Below, one piece after another: positions 1 to 29,017 of a stretch of 64,000 nucleotides of DNA. The notes below the pieces were generated by a model. That model had not been told where the DNA came from and did no database searches. It saw only the letters and a program-made list of their open reading frames with translations. The translations under genes and the position numbers were made by a program. The stretch comes from Balanoglossus misakiensis (Eukaryota > Animalia > Hemichordata), in NCBI GenBank assembly GCA_040954595.2, contig CM082580.2, positions 2,904,783 to 2,968,782 on the forward strand, given 5' to 3'. Within the stretch, counting starts at the first letter, position 1. Each line of letters opens with the position of its first letter.

Positions 1-2540
1 TAGTCCCTAATAAATCACACACTATTTCAGCCAGTACACATTTACCAAATAGACTAGCCCACTAGTCGCTTTGAGGGAGTTTCTGGTACTGAGCTGAGTT
101 TCCAATTCAGGGGCTGTGCGCTTCTGGTTTTCAGTTACCATCTACCAAGCGATTAGTCCACCTTGCAAAATCTGCAAACGCTTGGACCGTTTGTTGAAAT
201 GATTGACAAGGATTTCGTGATAGAGTTGACAGCGTTTATCAGACAATGACCAATGTGACACACAAGCAACACAAATTTCGGTGAAATGACTGATATTGCA
301 CTAACTTTTGTTGTAGTTATGATTGTGGATATTCTTCTGGTCAACTTTCATAAATGAAAATTAGCATGTGACTTTTGGGTCATGAAAGGTCATAAGTTGA
401 AACTCCACCTACTATCAGTACTATGTATGATAACGTAATGCATAATCATGAGATGATGTCAACATGAATAATTCATAGCAACCAGAAGCCTGTAAGGTAC
501 ACAAGTTCTGTTGGCCAAGCAATCCCATGACTTTTGTGCAGGCTGACTTATGCGGTCACACTCACTGCGTTTACTCCACAAATACTACATAGAGAGATTT
601 TCAGAAAAAAAATGTATTAATTATTTAATTATGCAATAATGAAGCCCATAGACTTGGAGCCAGTCTAATTACCATAGTGAATTTATAGTCAAAATCATGA
701 GATTAGTTTGACATGTACTTGAATCAGCTTGTGACCTAAACATCTACATAAACCCCAAAACTTATGCCCCAAACATTTGACAAAACAATACAATGTCTTT
801 GCAAAATTCAAATTGACAATATCACCTTAAATCCTAGTTTGAAGAAAACATGATTGGTTTTGTCCTTAGTTTACATTTATGAATGTCACATGACTCAAAA
901 GTTTATAGAAAAGTGTCAATTATGACGACAGCACTGGATCAGTTTAGTCTAAGAAGATAAACATTCAGCATGACGTTCATCAAATGATCTGAGCGTATAC
1001 AATACATACCAATATTTGTCAAGATCAAGACTATTACCGGTAATGCTAGTGATTTTTCAATCTAGAAATACACATCGACAGAAGTGACAATTGAATTAAA
1101 AAGTAACATACAAAATAAATATGTGCAAAATGATACTGAGAAATTTCTTTCCAAGGCTATGAAAACTAAAGACATCTGCTGATGTATCAATAAAGACTAC
1201 ATTTTCATTACACATTGTCATTCTTTAATTTTTTTTTAAAATTGCTATCATGGTTTGTGCAGATTTGTAATTAAAATCAAGCATGCATGTTTTAAACTCA
1301 TGTCACCGTCTGTGTAGTTGACTTCTGCTAAAATTGTACGTTTAATATTACATTTTTATTTTAAGCAATTTATCTAATGTGGCAGTGTGTAATGAATTAT
1401 GTGAAAACTGATCTGTGATCATCACAATGATAAACAGTAAATTATAAAGATAGCTTATAATGTTCCTGATAATTTTCTTTTTTCATGTATTGTTAGACAC
1501 TGCCACAGGTCCCAATATTATTTGAGGAATTGTAACACTGCAAATGCTTTGCCTTTATCCATAAACAATACTGTCTATTTTGTATCATACTTGAACAACA
1601 ACAGCAACCTCACATTTAAAATGCTGTATAATCACATGATTTTATGCCAAAAGAGTGTCAATGACATCACCCTCAAACAATGCATGAATCATAACATCAA
1701 TAAATAAATAGCAAGTTTAAATGTTGCAAAAAGGTTCCCACATATCAATGTCTAAATATAACAAGCAAACATGAAATAAGTTTAAAATAAAAAAATCTTC
1801 AAAAAGAAAAAAAGTAGATTACATTACTTTTTGAAATATGAATGAAGCCATTCTCGGAGACCTGCATACTAAATATTACAGCTGCATAACCAGCCATTTT
1901 GAATACTTTTTAAAACCACAATTGACAAAGTGTACTTGAAAAGAATAAGTGATTTCGATTCTGTCACTGCTGGGGACCTGTCTACAGTAAAAAGTTAATG
2001 ATACAGCACAGGTTGTAACTTCGTTATTAATACAATACCAACAGGGGGAATTTCACCTGACAGCCATGTATACTTTGTTACTGAACAGATTTAGATAGAT
2101 AGCTCAAACATTGCTGCTAGCTTTACCTGGAATTGATCCTTGAAACACCTTCAACCTATCCAACATAGAAATTTTCGGATATGGTTGTGGTTGTAGCTTG
2201 GAAACAGGTCAAACTTTTTATACTCCTCTCAGAAACCTTGACTGCTTTCAATCAATCGGCCAAGGGGTCATTATACGGTATTGCATTCTGATTTGGAAAG
2301 TCTGACCATGACATTGCAGAGTGCAAATTGGGCCTCAAAACATAGGTGGCAATTCTCGATGGAATGTTGCATGTGAATGACCTCTTGGCCGATTGACTAC
2401 TTTACAATAGAAGTTCACCAGCCACAGATTGAATTTAATATCAATTTATATGAAATTGATATGAAAGTAACTATTAACTTTACATTTAAATGGCATAAGA
2501 TCTGATGCATAAACAGACATTTTATGAAGTGATCCTTGCA

Positions 2541-5500
2541 TTATTTCAGCTTCTTCAGTCTCTCGTCCAGACTGGCACAGTTCGACTGTATGGCAGCCAT
2601 ATTTGATGCAAATGAATCTTGCAGCTGAAAAAGAAAACAATACAAGACTTTGATGGACACCATGGCCAATGAGACTATGATAGGACAGTGCAAAATTTAA
2701 TATTTATACTTGGCATCCATCACACAAATATCAGTGTTCTTGATGTTGTTGTTGCTTTTATTATGATGTACACAGTAAATATTTCTGAATTGAAGAAGGC
2801 TTATGTACAGCTTGCATGGAGATCAGATTTTCAGTGGGTGGCACACGCGAAAAAAAGAGCGCCACCATATGTTCTTTAGAACGCTCAAATGCGCCAGTTC
2901 AGCCATATATGGGCGTATGTACACTGGATGTGACTTTATACCTTTAATCTCTTGATCTGTTATATCCCTGTCCAAATTCGAACTCACCTTTTTCAGCAAA
3001 GATTCCTGTGTCTTTACACCATGCGATATCTGTGTCTGGGTGCAATCCAAATGACTTAATGCTTGGCTAAATTGCAATGCTGAAATTTACAAAATAGCAT
3101 AAAATTAGGTGATCAGCATTTTGAAATATAATGGCATATTCTTACATACTAAATACTAGTTACAGGTACACATGTTCTCTGACATACGACGACTTTGGTC
3201 TAAAATCTGACTTGGTCGTCCCTTATGTGGCTGTGGTATATATTGATTAAACACAAATAATAACATTCTATATGCTTATTAAAACTGTGAAAATGGTGGC
3301 CCATATCTCTGGGGGAAAAACATCTACATTCGTGCAATAGAGATAGAGCTCTATTATTATTTTATGTGGCTAAAATACAACACATACATTTTGTGGATAG
3401 CATGCAGTTTCATCCCTAGCACTTTGTCACTCACATGTTGGAGATATTACATTTTCCCCTTGCTAGAGTGGAATCCCCCCCCCCATGTTCTTGCAAAGGG
3501 GGTGTATGAGAGAGAGACTTTGTCCCTTTAACAACGTCAAATCAGGGCATGAGAAAATAGTAGCCTCATACAAGTCAGTGATACAGTCCAAACTGAAGGG
3601 AGTTTTTGCGGGCTGGTGTTGGCCGGCTTTCACATACTGTAACCCTTTTACCACCATAGTTCAGTCCAAGCTACCTTTAACAAAATCTTGTTCTCACCTT
3701 GTTCATGGAGTTCTTTCAGGCTTCCCAGTCTTTCAGCCAGCTTAGGTAGTGTGGCAGCCATACTATCCCATCTCTCCATCATATCATACAGCTCGGAAAG
3801 CTAAGATTTAATTAAAAAAACATAAGTTATCTACTGCATGTGGTATGGGTTTTAAGTCATTGTAAATGACTCAGTGAGATATTCAAATTTGATGATAGAT
3901 TCCAAAAACATACCCTCCAAACAAGTCAACAACAAAATACATTTTATGAACTTGTATTTTGAACTCCCAGTAATAATGAGGTATAGAAAACATTTGTAAT
4001 AACATAACTATTCTTTTTATTAATTTGTCTAAATTTTCTGGAAGCCTCTCCTCCCAGTGATGGCAGAGAATGTTATTAAACAAGCCGTTTACAATTGAAT
4101 GTAAGATTCTGCACAGGAAATCAGTGCAATTTGGCCAACATGTCTGTAATCTTTTGAAAATTTCCCCTGTTTATCTGCTTTGTGGCAGTGCTAGCCATCA
4201 GCAGAGGGAAAACCTAGCATCAAGGACACCTCTATTTATGCCATGATGTTATGGATTCACAAATATAGTGTGTAGTAGGTCATTTAAAATTCTAATCTCT
4301 GATAATCAGAGCTGGAGGCGCGGGATGACAAAAAGTCAACTCAAGAGGAGGACCTGTTGAAACACAGGCACTGGAATCAAGGCACACACACACACACACA
4401 CACACACACAAGTCAATACTGCTCTTTAAAGAGTGAACAGCGAAAAGAAAGGACATGATGAAGGTCGAGAGGAAGATTATTCCATAATTTGGGACCAATA
4501 TATGCGAACGATCTTTCACCAAAAGTCTTTGTGGAAACCCTTGGATTGCTGAGAAGTCTAGAATCTGGTGTAGAAGTGCAGAGCGATATTGAGGTCCTGT
4601 ACCCACAAAACTGAATTGTAGCAAATAGATGCAACTTTGTACTATTTGTAGTGAATGCAAGAAGTCATACTAGGTACCCAATGAAGCTTTTGCAAAGTGG
4701 TCGGATGTGAATCATGTGATCATACTTTTTTGTCTTACAGACAAGATGATCAGCAGCATTTTGCACTCTTTGCAACTTGTCTATAAGCTGTTTAGAACAA
4801 CCAGAAAGAAGACAGTTGCAGAACAAGTGAAGTGACGTGAGTTTGAGTGGCTTGTGGACAGAGGAAGTGACAGATAGAGCTAATCTGTTGAATTGCATGA
4901 AAGAAAAGAGAAGAAAGGTGCATATGTTCTCATTAGAGGTAGAGATATGAGAGCAGAATGTTAACAGTTTACCTTCTTAGTAACTTCATTGTTGAATGGC
5001 TGAGGATTTAAATTTAATGAAAACATAAAAGACAACAGATAGTAGAAAGTAATCTTATTAGTACTAGTATTGTAATTAGATTTATAATGGTAAAACATAG
5101 CATCAAGAACACTGTGGTCCCATTTGGGGGTTACACAGAAATAAGTATGACCTAAACCATATATAAATATGGAAATGTAAATGAAATTAAGTATAGAAAC
5201 ATGCACAATCAAGAGTCTTTGCAATCTTAGAAGCAGTGCTAAAGAAATGATATGTGTAGAGAAAATAAATGAGCAACAGAATGCCATGCAAATTTCTTAC
5301 CTCGGGGTTTATCAACGCAGTGAGATTTACTTCAGTGGAATACGTAAAACAGGTATGCTAGGGAGCCCAACACCCAACTATTTTCATGTTACATGTCATG
5401 CATTAACTTTTTGTCCCCTTTAAAGCTAATGTGTGTGTATGTGTGTGTCCACAGCTCTACTGATATCATTCTAGCAATTTCTGCCACTTTTATGTGTTGA

Positions 5501-8500
5501 GTTTCTCCTATATATGATTGATTGTTCATGCCACCAGTAAAGCTTTGGGAAGACACACCAGCCACCTTCACGAAAGACTGACAACAAAGACGATATCTAT
5601 GCTCACCAACTTCATTTTTTGGACACAAACTCAGCGAAAACCACAACCAAAATGTTTGTCTAAAAACTACCAATTTGGCACCTTTTTCCCAGCACTGACC
5701 CAAGAAATCATGCTTCACTAGTATAACTGACAAATGAAGTCAGCAGACATGTGTCTAGAGTGTACAGATCAACACACCCTGTACTAGCCTGACACTATTG
5801 TCAAAATACTGTAAACACTTTATTTTCGTGAGCAATAAATTTTCGTGAAATACGCGAGAGCCAAAATAGTGTGAAAATAAACAGTCCCGTAATTGTTTTT
5901 GAAGATAACAATGCAGTGAATGAAATAAGAGAACACGAAAATTAATACTCGCGAAACAGTGGCCTCTCTCGATATCGCGAACATTTCAACTTGCGAAAAT
6001 AAAGTGTTTTACAGTAAATAAGGAAAAAAAGCTACAACACAGGTACATTATATTACACAGTAATCTAGCGTTCCATACATGAGACAAGTCCTGTTAAACA
6101 AGTGAGAAGATAGCATCAAGGACAATGTGCTCTCATTTGATCAGAATTGGTACATTCAACTGTGATATATATTAGTTATAGACTGATCAATCTCCAACAC
6201 AAAGTCACAATGGTACATTTAGCATTAGAATAATGTACATCAACTATGAGACAATAAATCTGATGGAGAACTATTCTAGGACCCTGCAAACCAAAGTTCC
6301 ACACAATTCGCCGAAAATAAGGACAATGTCAAAAAAAATAAAAAAAAATCCCGTGTTGTAGGAATATGTCAATTTCTGCAATGGAGATATGGCGATGAAC
6401 ATTAATTTCCTGGGCTGCAATTCACAGCAATGGTCTGGGCTATGATCAGCAGTACTGGGACATAGAACTGCACACAATGCTTAGCATACTGTATACACCT
6501 GTGTTACAGAGATAAGAGCCACACATCTGGGACAGGGGTGTACATGTGCTCTTCTTGGCTGTAATAGGCTGATTACACATTATTAGAATGTTACTAGGAT
6601 GTTAAAGGTCCCATGTGCTATTCCTTCATTTTCAAATATCTGCTCTTATTTTAACCGCAGATGTAAAAAACTTACCCTGCTTTCCTTGGCAGCATCTGTG
6701 ACTGATTTCTTTTTGGACTTGACATTGTTAAGTCTTTGGATTAGGTTTTGTACCCTGGCATCCACATGGTCTAACTGGTCTGGATCAAGTACCATAGCTT
6801 TAGCCTGCAATTCAGCTACAGCATCCTGGCAGAAAGATAACAACACAGCATCAAGGAGACTGTGGTCCCATTTGGAGATTATACAAAAAAAGGTTTACAC
6901 CAGAATACATACATACATACATACATACATACATAAAGTAGGGTAGTAGGAGAAACGAAAGGCGGTAAAATCTCTACAACGCTGTTTCGTGAGTCACTGG
7001 ACTCACTCATCAGGAGACTAAACATACATACATACAATGTACATACATACATACATACATACATACATACATACATACATACATACATACATACATACAT
7101 ACAGACTGACAGACTGACAGACTGACAGACATGCATACAGATAGATAGACAGAAAACGATATCAACGGGCAAACACTGACTGATCTATAGGCTGCCAATG
7201 GCACGTCAATGAGGTCGAGCGTCAGGGTCTATGCTGTTCTCTTACTGTCATCAAAATCGCTTTTGTGACACTTACCACTAAACTCTTGGAATGTGTTTCT
7301 GCTCGCAGGACAGACTATCATGAAAGAAACAACATAAAAATGGGCTGCATTATAAACTAATGATTATAGAAAAGCTATGGTTATTTAACAAAGCAATTAA
7401 TACCATAAGAAAATCTGCATTTTCATTGCAGACAGTGATAGAAGGATTGCGCATACAATACATACACTACTTTTTAACTAGTATCAAGACATAATGATGA
7501 TATTACTGCCTGCGTGATACTCCAATTCAAATTTTTTACATCTCAAGTTCCATTTCCTTCTTGTTTAGTAGTCAAGTTTTGCCTCTTGCAGAAGGCACGC
7601 GTTGTAAACAAATGATAACGAATATTAACTTTTCAAAAGTAATGGAACCAACCTGAGACAAGTGTTCATATATTGCACAGAATTTTATCTTAAAATGGTA
7701 AAACAAATATATCACAGCTATTTGGTCATATGAAAAATATAACTTAATAAAAATTTGGAAAAGAGCTTGTACTATTTCTTTTGAAACTTACCAACTTTTC
7801 TGCATCACCCCCTAGCACGCCTTCCAATTTAGAAAGGCGTTGCTCCAATTCTGCTACCTTCAAAAGAAATCAAAAAATCAAAATGGCCACTGAGTATTTA
7901 GGTTACGATTACATCCACACAAATGAAAAGACACTTAAGTACTGTGGAATAAAAATACTGAAAATAAATCCAGAAATTACAGCTATGTATCAGAGTAAAA
8001 TAACCGGACATTGTACCATACCAGTGTTTCATTCAGGATACAATCAAGAAGGGGGGGGGGGGGGGGTTCCACTCTGGCAATGGGGATCTGTAATATCTTC
8101 AACATGTGAGTGACATCATTTTAAGGGGCACTGGTCCCCCTTGACAAATTGTTAGGGTGTGCCAACATGTCAATAGGGGGTGAATCCCCCCCATCCTCCG
8201 TCTAGATGAAACACTGCCATACTGTTTCTGTTTCTGTACTGATACTCACCTTTGATAACTGATTAAATTTAGCTTGCTCAGCTGTATAGAACAGCTCATA
8301 GACAACATGATTTTCACCCGGTGTTTTACCTTTGGAAGGCGTTTTTGAAGTTTGATCTCCATATTTCTTGTAAGCCTCTAATTGACTCAGCAACTTCCTG
8401 TGGAATAATGTCAGCATTAGAAGTACCATTTCTACATGGATTGAACATTTGAAATTTCTGTCAAAAGGCAAGTATAGTCGCTAATTTCTAAATTACTTGA

Positions 8501-11500
8501 AAATAACTGATCAAATATCTGGACTGACAGAATTGATGGATGGAGATTTGTCCATAGCCAAGACTACCTTCTAGTCTCATGTTATAGACAGACAGACAGC
8601 CAGATAGATAAATAGATTTCAGTACTGGTGGCCTCCAGCCAAAATGTACTAATCAGTAAACATAAATTGTGAGCTTATCGCTAGAGATGTATAGAACACA
8701 GCAAAGCAATAAATAGATAAATAGAATAAATAATGAGAGAATGTATTAAATATTATCGGTAGTATCGTCTCTGAGTTTGGTAGCATAAAAAAATAAACCT
8801 ACTGAGATTTCTCAGTGTAATTGTATGCTGAGATGATAAGAGTAACTTAAACTTATATACAAGGGGGGTTAAAGCTAGTAAAATTGCGAAATGTACTTCT
8901 GACGTAATTCATTATAATGGATCAATTCTAAGAGTTTGGATGACTCACTTTGGCAACTGTGCTTGTGGATCAGCCAAATCCATCACTGGTTCCAGACCTA
9001 AGATTTCTTCTAAGTGCAAGTTACGTAATTGATCTTCCAAACCACTGACTTGTTGACTGAGTAACACCGGTGACTTCTCACTTCCGCCTTCCTCCTTTGC
9101 TTTAGTCTATTACAGACAGAAAGAGCGTTATAAGAAAACCTCAAAATATTCCACTTTAGCCTCATCCCTCCCTGAACAACATACTAGCAACAAAATTTGA
9201 AGCACTTGTGTTGCCCTATGGTTAAATCACACTACATGTATATGCTTGGGTGAACATGTTGGTCTTTACTCGACATAGCACAATTCACTCCCCTGGTGCT
9301 TGTGCATATTTGTTGTGAATTGCACGCATGGGCACGGGTAGCAGAGTTGCATATTTTTATACAATGAAAATGATATAATCTAATAAGCCAAGCCTTTCTT
9401 TGGAGCTTGGCCTTGAAAGAAATCATACCGTCCTCAAGAAAATGTGAAAATAAAGCTAGTGTACGATAAAGCAAATGTGACCTCGGCGTGGACTGGAGGA
9501 ACTGTATGCGATTATATGAACGATCACTCTAACACTCAGTGTAACGCCAAAAGTATGAATCACAGTAGCGTGGGGATTGTATGTTGTTACACGGCAGTCG
9601 CGCCTTTGACTTTTCTATTGTTGAGTCATAGGCACGGTTCGGTGTAACAGCATACAACCCCCAGGCAACTGTGATGTGGCATGAATGCAGAAGTGTTGAA
9701 GCCCCACTGCGAGCAAAGTTTGGCCACTGATTTTGTCATAATAAGGGCGCGTGCACCAAAAAAATGTAGTTCTCACCTTGTGAATAATACAAAGTTCAGT
9801 CAGTAAAAATGATGTTAACGATAAAATTGATGATTTCTGGAAAACTACTTAGTAGAGCATGATTTTTATCCTCCCAGACTACAGTATTACTTAGCAGAAA
9901 CAAATAGACAAAAAAAATTTCAATCTGATTGTGCTATATCTCTTGGTATACCAGCACTTGGCAGGGGATTATTGCTTAAATAGTATTGGGACTTTACCTG
10001 TATTTTATCCACATCTTCTGCTAATTCTCTAATTTCATGTTGTAATCTTTGGTACCTCTGCATTGGTGTTTCAAAAACACCATCACCATCTCCAACCTGG
10101 AGTAAACATCAATGAAGGTTGAACATTATGGAACCCATGATGAATTGGTGCTAAACAATATCTAATGTCAATGGATATTTGTGATGCATTGCCAGATTAT
10201 ACATGCATTTTGCCTCAAGAAACACGGTGATAAGATCAAACACTTCCATTATCAACCTCTTTTCTTAAAGTGGGTGTAGCTCATCTCACGCGCATGCGCG
10301 TAACTTCCCAGCAAATTTTCTGTTCCATGCATTCAATTAGTGGACTGCCTTCGCTTCCTTCCATATTTCATGCCCACCGTATAAGTAAATTCTGGTTTCG
10401 TCCTTCCTTTTCACCCAAGCTGGTGTCTTTTCAGAATCTCCGACGCAGATTATGGTCGCCGCCATCTTCTCTGTTGTTAGGACAGAGCACTGCATTATGG
10501 AATTGATTGTTCACTAAATGTCTGTAACCAGCGGCTACAGTTAGAACATGCGTGTGAGATGAGCTACGCGCTTTAACATCCTAATTTGCTATCAAACAAA
10601 ATCATGTAAAATCTGTCTATCCTTTACTTTTACACATGTACACAACTTAGTAGAAATGGCTCTAGGATATTTCTCACCACCTTTTCTATCATTCTGGTTA
10701 ATATCAAAATAATTGTGTACACAAAAAATACTTTAATATAAAAATAGTGTGAATGACACTGTAGCTAGTGTAAAAGATCTGTTGACAAAATGCTTATTTG
10801 ACAAATCACTTGCTTCAGTAACCGTCTCAGCGTTTCTGGCAGGAATGGTGACATTTCCAGATAAAAATGGTTTTACTTGAATCATCTACAGACATTGCAC
10901 TCACCATTTCATATTCAGTTTTAGAGCTGTCATAGCCAGTTTTCCTAAATTTCCCAATACGATCAGAGAAATCTGAAATACCAAAAGAAAACAGTATTAC
11001 AAACATAGCGTCAAGGGCACTGTGGTCCCATTTGGGGATTGCACAGACATAGGTGTACACTGGAATAAAAATCACATGCAGGTAAAATTGGCACACAGAC
11101 ATGACCTAACAAATATTAATACAGCAGGCCTCTATAACTCATGCATATGGCCCAATGCCCATGACAAATGTATTTCTCCTGGTCAAGTGAAAAATAAGTC
11201 TTTTGTACACATATAGTTTGTCAATGAATACATTGACATGGCCAAACAATGTGGAAGTACATGTTAATGTATACGTCGATGCAGTACTGTCAGGGTTCGA
11301 TAAGGACAGTAAACAGGATTCACCAAGTTGGTGAACTGCCAATACTGAAATTACTGTAAAAAGTCTCACCTAAAGTACTGGAATCTAAAGATTTGCCCTT
11401 GAACTTTGTATAGGCAGAATTAGCATTCAATGGTATTCTTTCTACACTCTCACTATTCAGTTCATCCTGTAACAAGTTGATATAACATTCAATGGTTATT

Positions 11501-12946
11501 CAAAATTGTGATTAACAGTGATGTATAATGGGTAGACAAGAAAACAGGGTCAGTGACAGCTCCAAGAGTGACAAAGGGATAAAGATTCTTGTAAATATTA
11601 AACCAAGAAAATTAACTGTTAGCAGTTGACAATGAAGGACTTACAGGAATATACTCCTGGTCATCTTCAGGAAGATCGCTTGTTTCAAACACATCTGGTT
11701 GAGAAGAATCCTGAAATTTGAACGTGAACATGGTTAGCTAATCAAATTCCACATCACAAATGACAATAACACAGTCCTCATACAATCAAACTTGTGAAAC
11801 TGGTTTGATTTCCAGGGTGCCTAGAATCCTGGCACCCAGGCCTGTTGTTATACTGCTAAGTGTGTTTTACTCAGTAGGGTCTTATTACAAGACCCTCACC
11901 CAAACCAGTGAAAACCAGTATGATTTGGTACATTTTCAAACTGCCAAGGTGTGTCTAAGTACGTTAAATTATGTTTGTGAGCCATGCCCAGACGTTCAAA
12001 ATAGGTTTAAGAAGAATAATGGGACATACATATTTTAAAGGTCTTGACACTCTAAATAGGTATACCCCAACCATTGCTGCAGTTTTGTAGCCCTATGGCT
12101 CTCCTTGATGATTTTTGTTTTCGACGGGGAGGCGCGCCCCGTCCAAAACAAAAATCGTCAAGGGGGGGGGGGGGGGGGGGGGGGGTTGGCGGGGCTACAA
12201 AACTGCAGCAACCCCAACCACCATGCCAACTAGCAACAATATGCTAACAAATCAATAATAATATTATCATGATCAACAACAACAAGTATGATAATTATCA
12301 ACAACAAGTCAACAACAACAATGAAGGGGTCAAAATGTTTTGTTTGTTTTGTTCCTTTCTTTTTTTAATATCTAATAGTCATCATCGCCATCATTATTTG
12401 GGTTGGGAGTTCGAGATCACTGATGCAAGTAATATGGATTACTGGGGCCGGTGAGGATTTTAGAGGATAGGGAATATATTTGAAGTATTTTATTGTGGAA
12501 AAAAAATTGTGAAATTTGGCAGCTATAGGGGCTTTAAGCTTTGCTACTCAGATTGGCCACAGCCAGTCCCTTTATCAAGTTCAGATAAGCAAACGAATCC
12601 CAGGCGTGGTTCTGGTGTGGAGGCATCACCGTAAGACACACAGCCCTGTCACACAGAGCTAGGCGTAGCCCTGCGTACACACAGACCTGTACGCAAGCCT
12701 ATCCCAGGCGAAGAAATCGCCATCTCTTCTGCAGTATGACAGACAGTGCAGCAGACGCCAATCTGCATCACTGAAGATGTATTCCCTGTATATCATACAT
12801 CGATAGCGTCAACATTTGCAAGTAAAACAACAATGTGACAAATTCTCAGTTTCAATGCTATGAAGTGAAGGTTTTTCTCCACAAAGATATCTAAATACAC
12901 TTTTACTTACAATTCCAGGCAGGTCAGCATACTTCGGATCCGCCAT
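2541..12946 (-). CDS. DCTN2: Dynactin subunit 2 (p50/dynamitin), 13 coding exons, 401 aa
   Basis: Exons in transcription order: 12911-12946 (MADPKYADLPGI), 11645-11710 (DSSQPDVFETSDLPEDDQ), 11370-11466, 10905-10972 (DFSDRIGK..TGY), 9998-10096 (ETPMQRYQRLQHEI), 8949-9106, 8250-8397 (VVYELFY), 7792-7857, 7276-7314, 6676-6825, 3698-3800, 2988-3079 (ALQFSQALSHLD), 2541-2624 (SLDERLKKLK*). All are GT-AG with compatible phases and sum to 1206 nt. The motifs match dynamitin. Confidence 0.96.
2810..2943. mobile_element. Family C MITE, truncated copy
   Basis: Matches the right part of 37544-37733 and ends ATACCT-TTAA. Confidence 0.75.
4390..4850 (-). mobile_element. Decayed 3' fragment of an L2/CR1-group non-LTR retrotransposon
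   Basis: Frameshifted ORF2 C-terminal motifs KLQRVQNAA..LVCKTKKYDH and TFGERSFAYIGPKLWNNLP, ending in a (TG)n tail. Confidence 0.8.
5807..6016. mobile_element. TA-flanked MITE family D (TACTGTAAA..TTTACAGTA, GCGAAAAT subrepeats; Tc2/pogo-like)
   Basis: Terminal inverted repeats are visible, and homologous copies sit at 22406, 57276 and 60218. Confidence 0.8.
6906..7150. repeat. (TACA)n and (CAGA/CTGA)n microsatellite cluster
   Basis: Tetranucleotide runs are directly visible. Confidence 0.9.
8022..8216. mobile_element. CAGTG-ended MITE with CCATAC direct repeat
   Basis: TIR CAGTGTTTCAT / ATGAAACACTG, internal G/C runs, and a 6-bp flanking duplication. Confidence 0.65.
10269..10572. mobile_element. 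TTAA-flanked MITE family H (Kolobok-type)
   Basis: TIRs GTAGCTCATCTCACGCGCATG / CATGCGTGTGAGATGAGCTAC with TTAA flanks. The internal sequence recurs at about 62325-62520 and 63955-64000. Confidence 0.75.
11001..11110. repeat. Interspersed repeat family G (AACATAGC.TCAAG..CACTGTGGTCCCATTTGG); other copies at about 5093, 6842 and 55263
   Basis: The same roughly 45-bp end occurs four times in the same orientation, with variable bodies. Confidence 0.75.
11797..12070. mobile_element. Family E related, degenerate copy
   Basis: GAAACTGGTTTGATTTCCAGGGTGCCTAGAATCCTGGC and the following sequence match 56002 onward. A further decayed relative lies at about 31380-31566. Confidence 0.7.
12074..12211. 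mobile_element. Palindromic MITE with a 9-bp target duplication (CCCCAACCA)
   Basis: TTGCTGCAGTTTTGTAGCCC / GGGCTACAAAACTGCAGCAA arms. The direct repeat sits at 12065-12073 and 12212-12220. Confidence 0.8.
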
Positions 12947-13506
12947 TTTGTCACGCAAAGTCATGTGACTTTAGACGAGATTACGTTTGAAAATATTTGC
13001 ATACTCTAAATAAATGTGTTAATTTTTGTTGTTTCATTTTAGAAATATCATTTTGACCTTCATATATTCTACAAATTTAAAACTGGTGTGACATGTAAAG
13101 ATTTAGCGGATATTTAACTGGCCTATCCTCTCACGAGATATTAATGATTGGATGACGTCATGCTGTATCGCGATCCCACAATCCGTTTAGGTTGCCGATA
13201 CATTAGAGGATCTATCGGTTCGGTGATATGTGATGGGTTTTCTTTTCCATGTAGAATATTTATTTTGATTTGTGTAAATTTCCCGTTGGACCACATTGAC
13301 AATTTTGGTTAGGACTGGAGTCGGCTTGGCATAGAATTTCGACTCCGTTTGGGGGAAGATTACCATCACTGAGAGCCGAAAAGGTGGAGATTGATCGCGG
13401 TTTCTCGACCATGGCCGCCATTTTGTGAACATCCTCCGTCTGAGTTCTTCGATCATCAGTGCAAAGAAGCCGGATTTACCGACTCGTCGTCGACAAAGAG
13501 TTCAAG
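12947..13506. promoter_or_regulatory. Bidirectional promoter and 5'UTR region shared by DCTN2 and KIF5
   Basis: The 560 bp between divergent ATGs is relatively CpG-rich. It holds GTCATGTGAC (E-box, 12960-12969), TCTCACGAGA (13129-13138), ATTGG/CCAAT (13147-13151), TGACGTCA (CRE, 13153-13160) and a YY1-like CGCCATTTT near 13416-13424. A second CGCCATTTT overlaps the DCTN2 ATG. Confidence 0.75.

Positions 13507-29017
<15,511 letters not shown>

Noticed and set aside
6879-7204. ORFs with CMYV repeats
   Set aside because: These are translations of the (TGTA)n microsatellite.
11467-11644. Possible equivalent of the vertebrate neural DCTN2 microexons between exons 2 and 3
   Set aside because: No convincing internal AG..GT microexon was found in this 178-nt intron.
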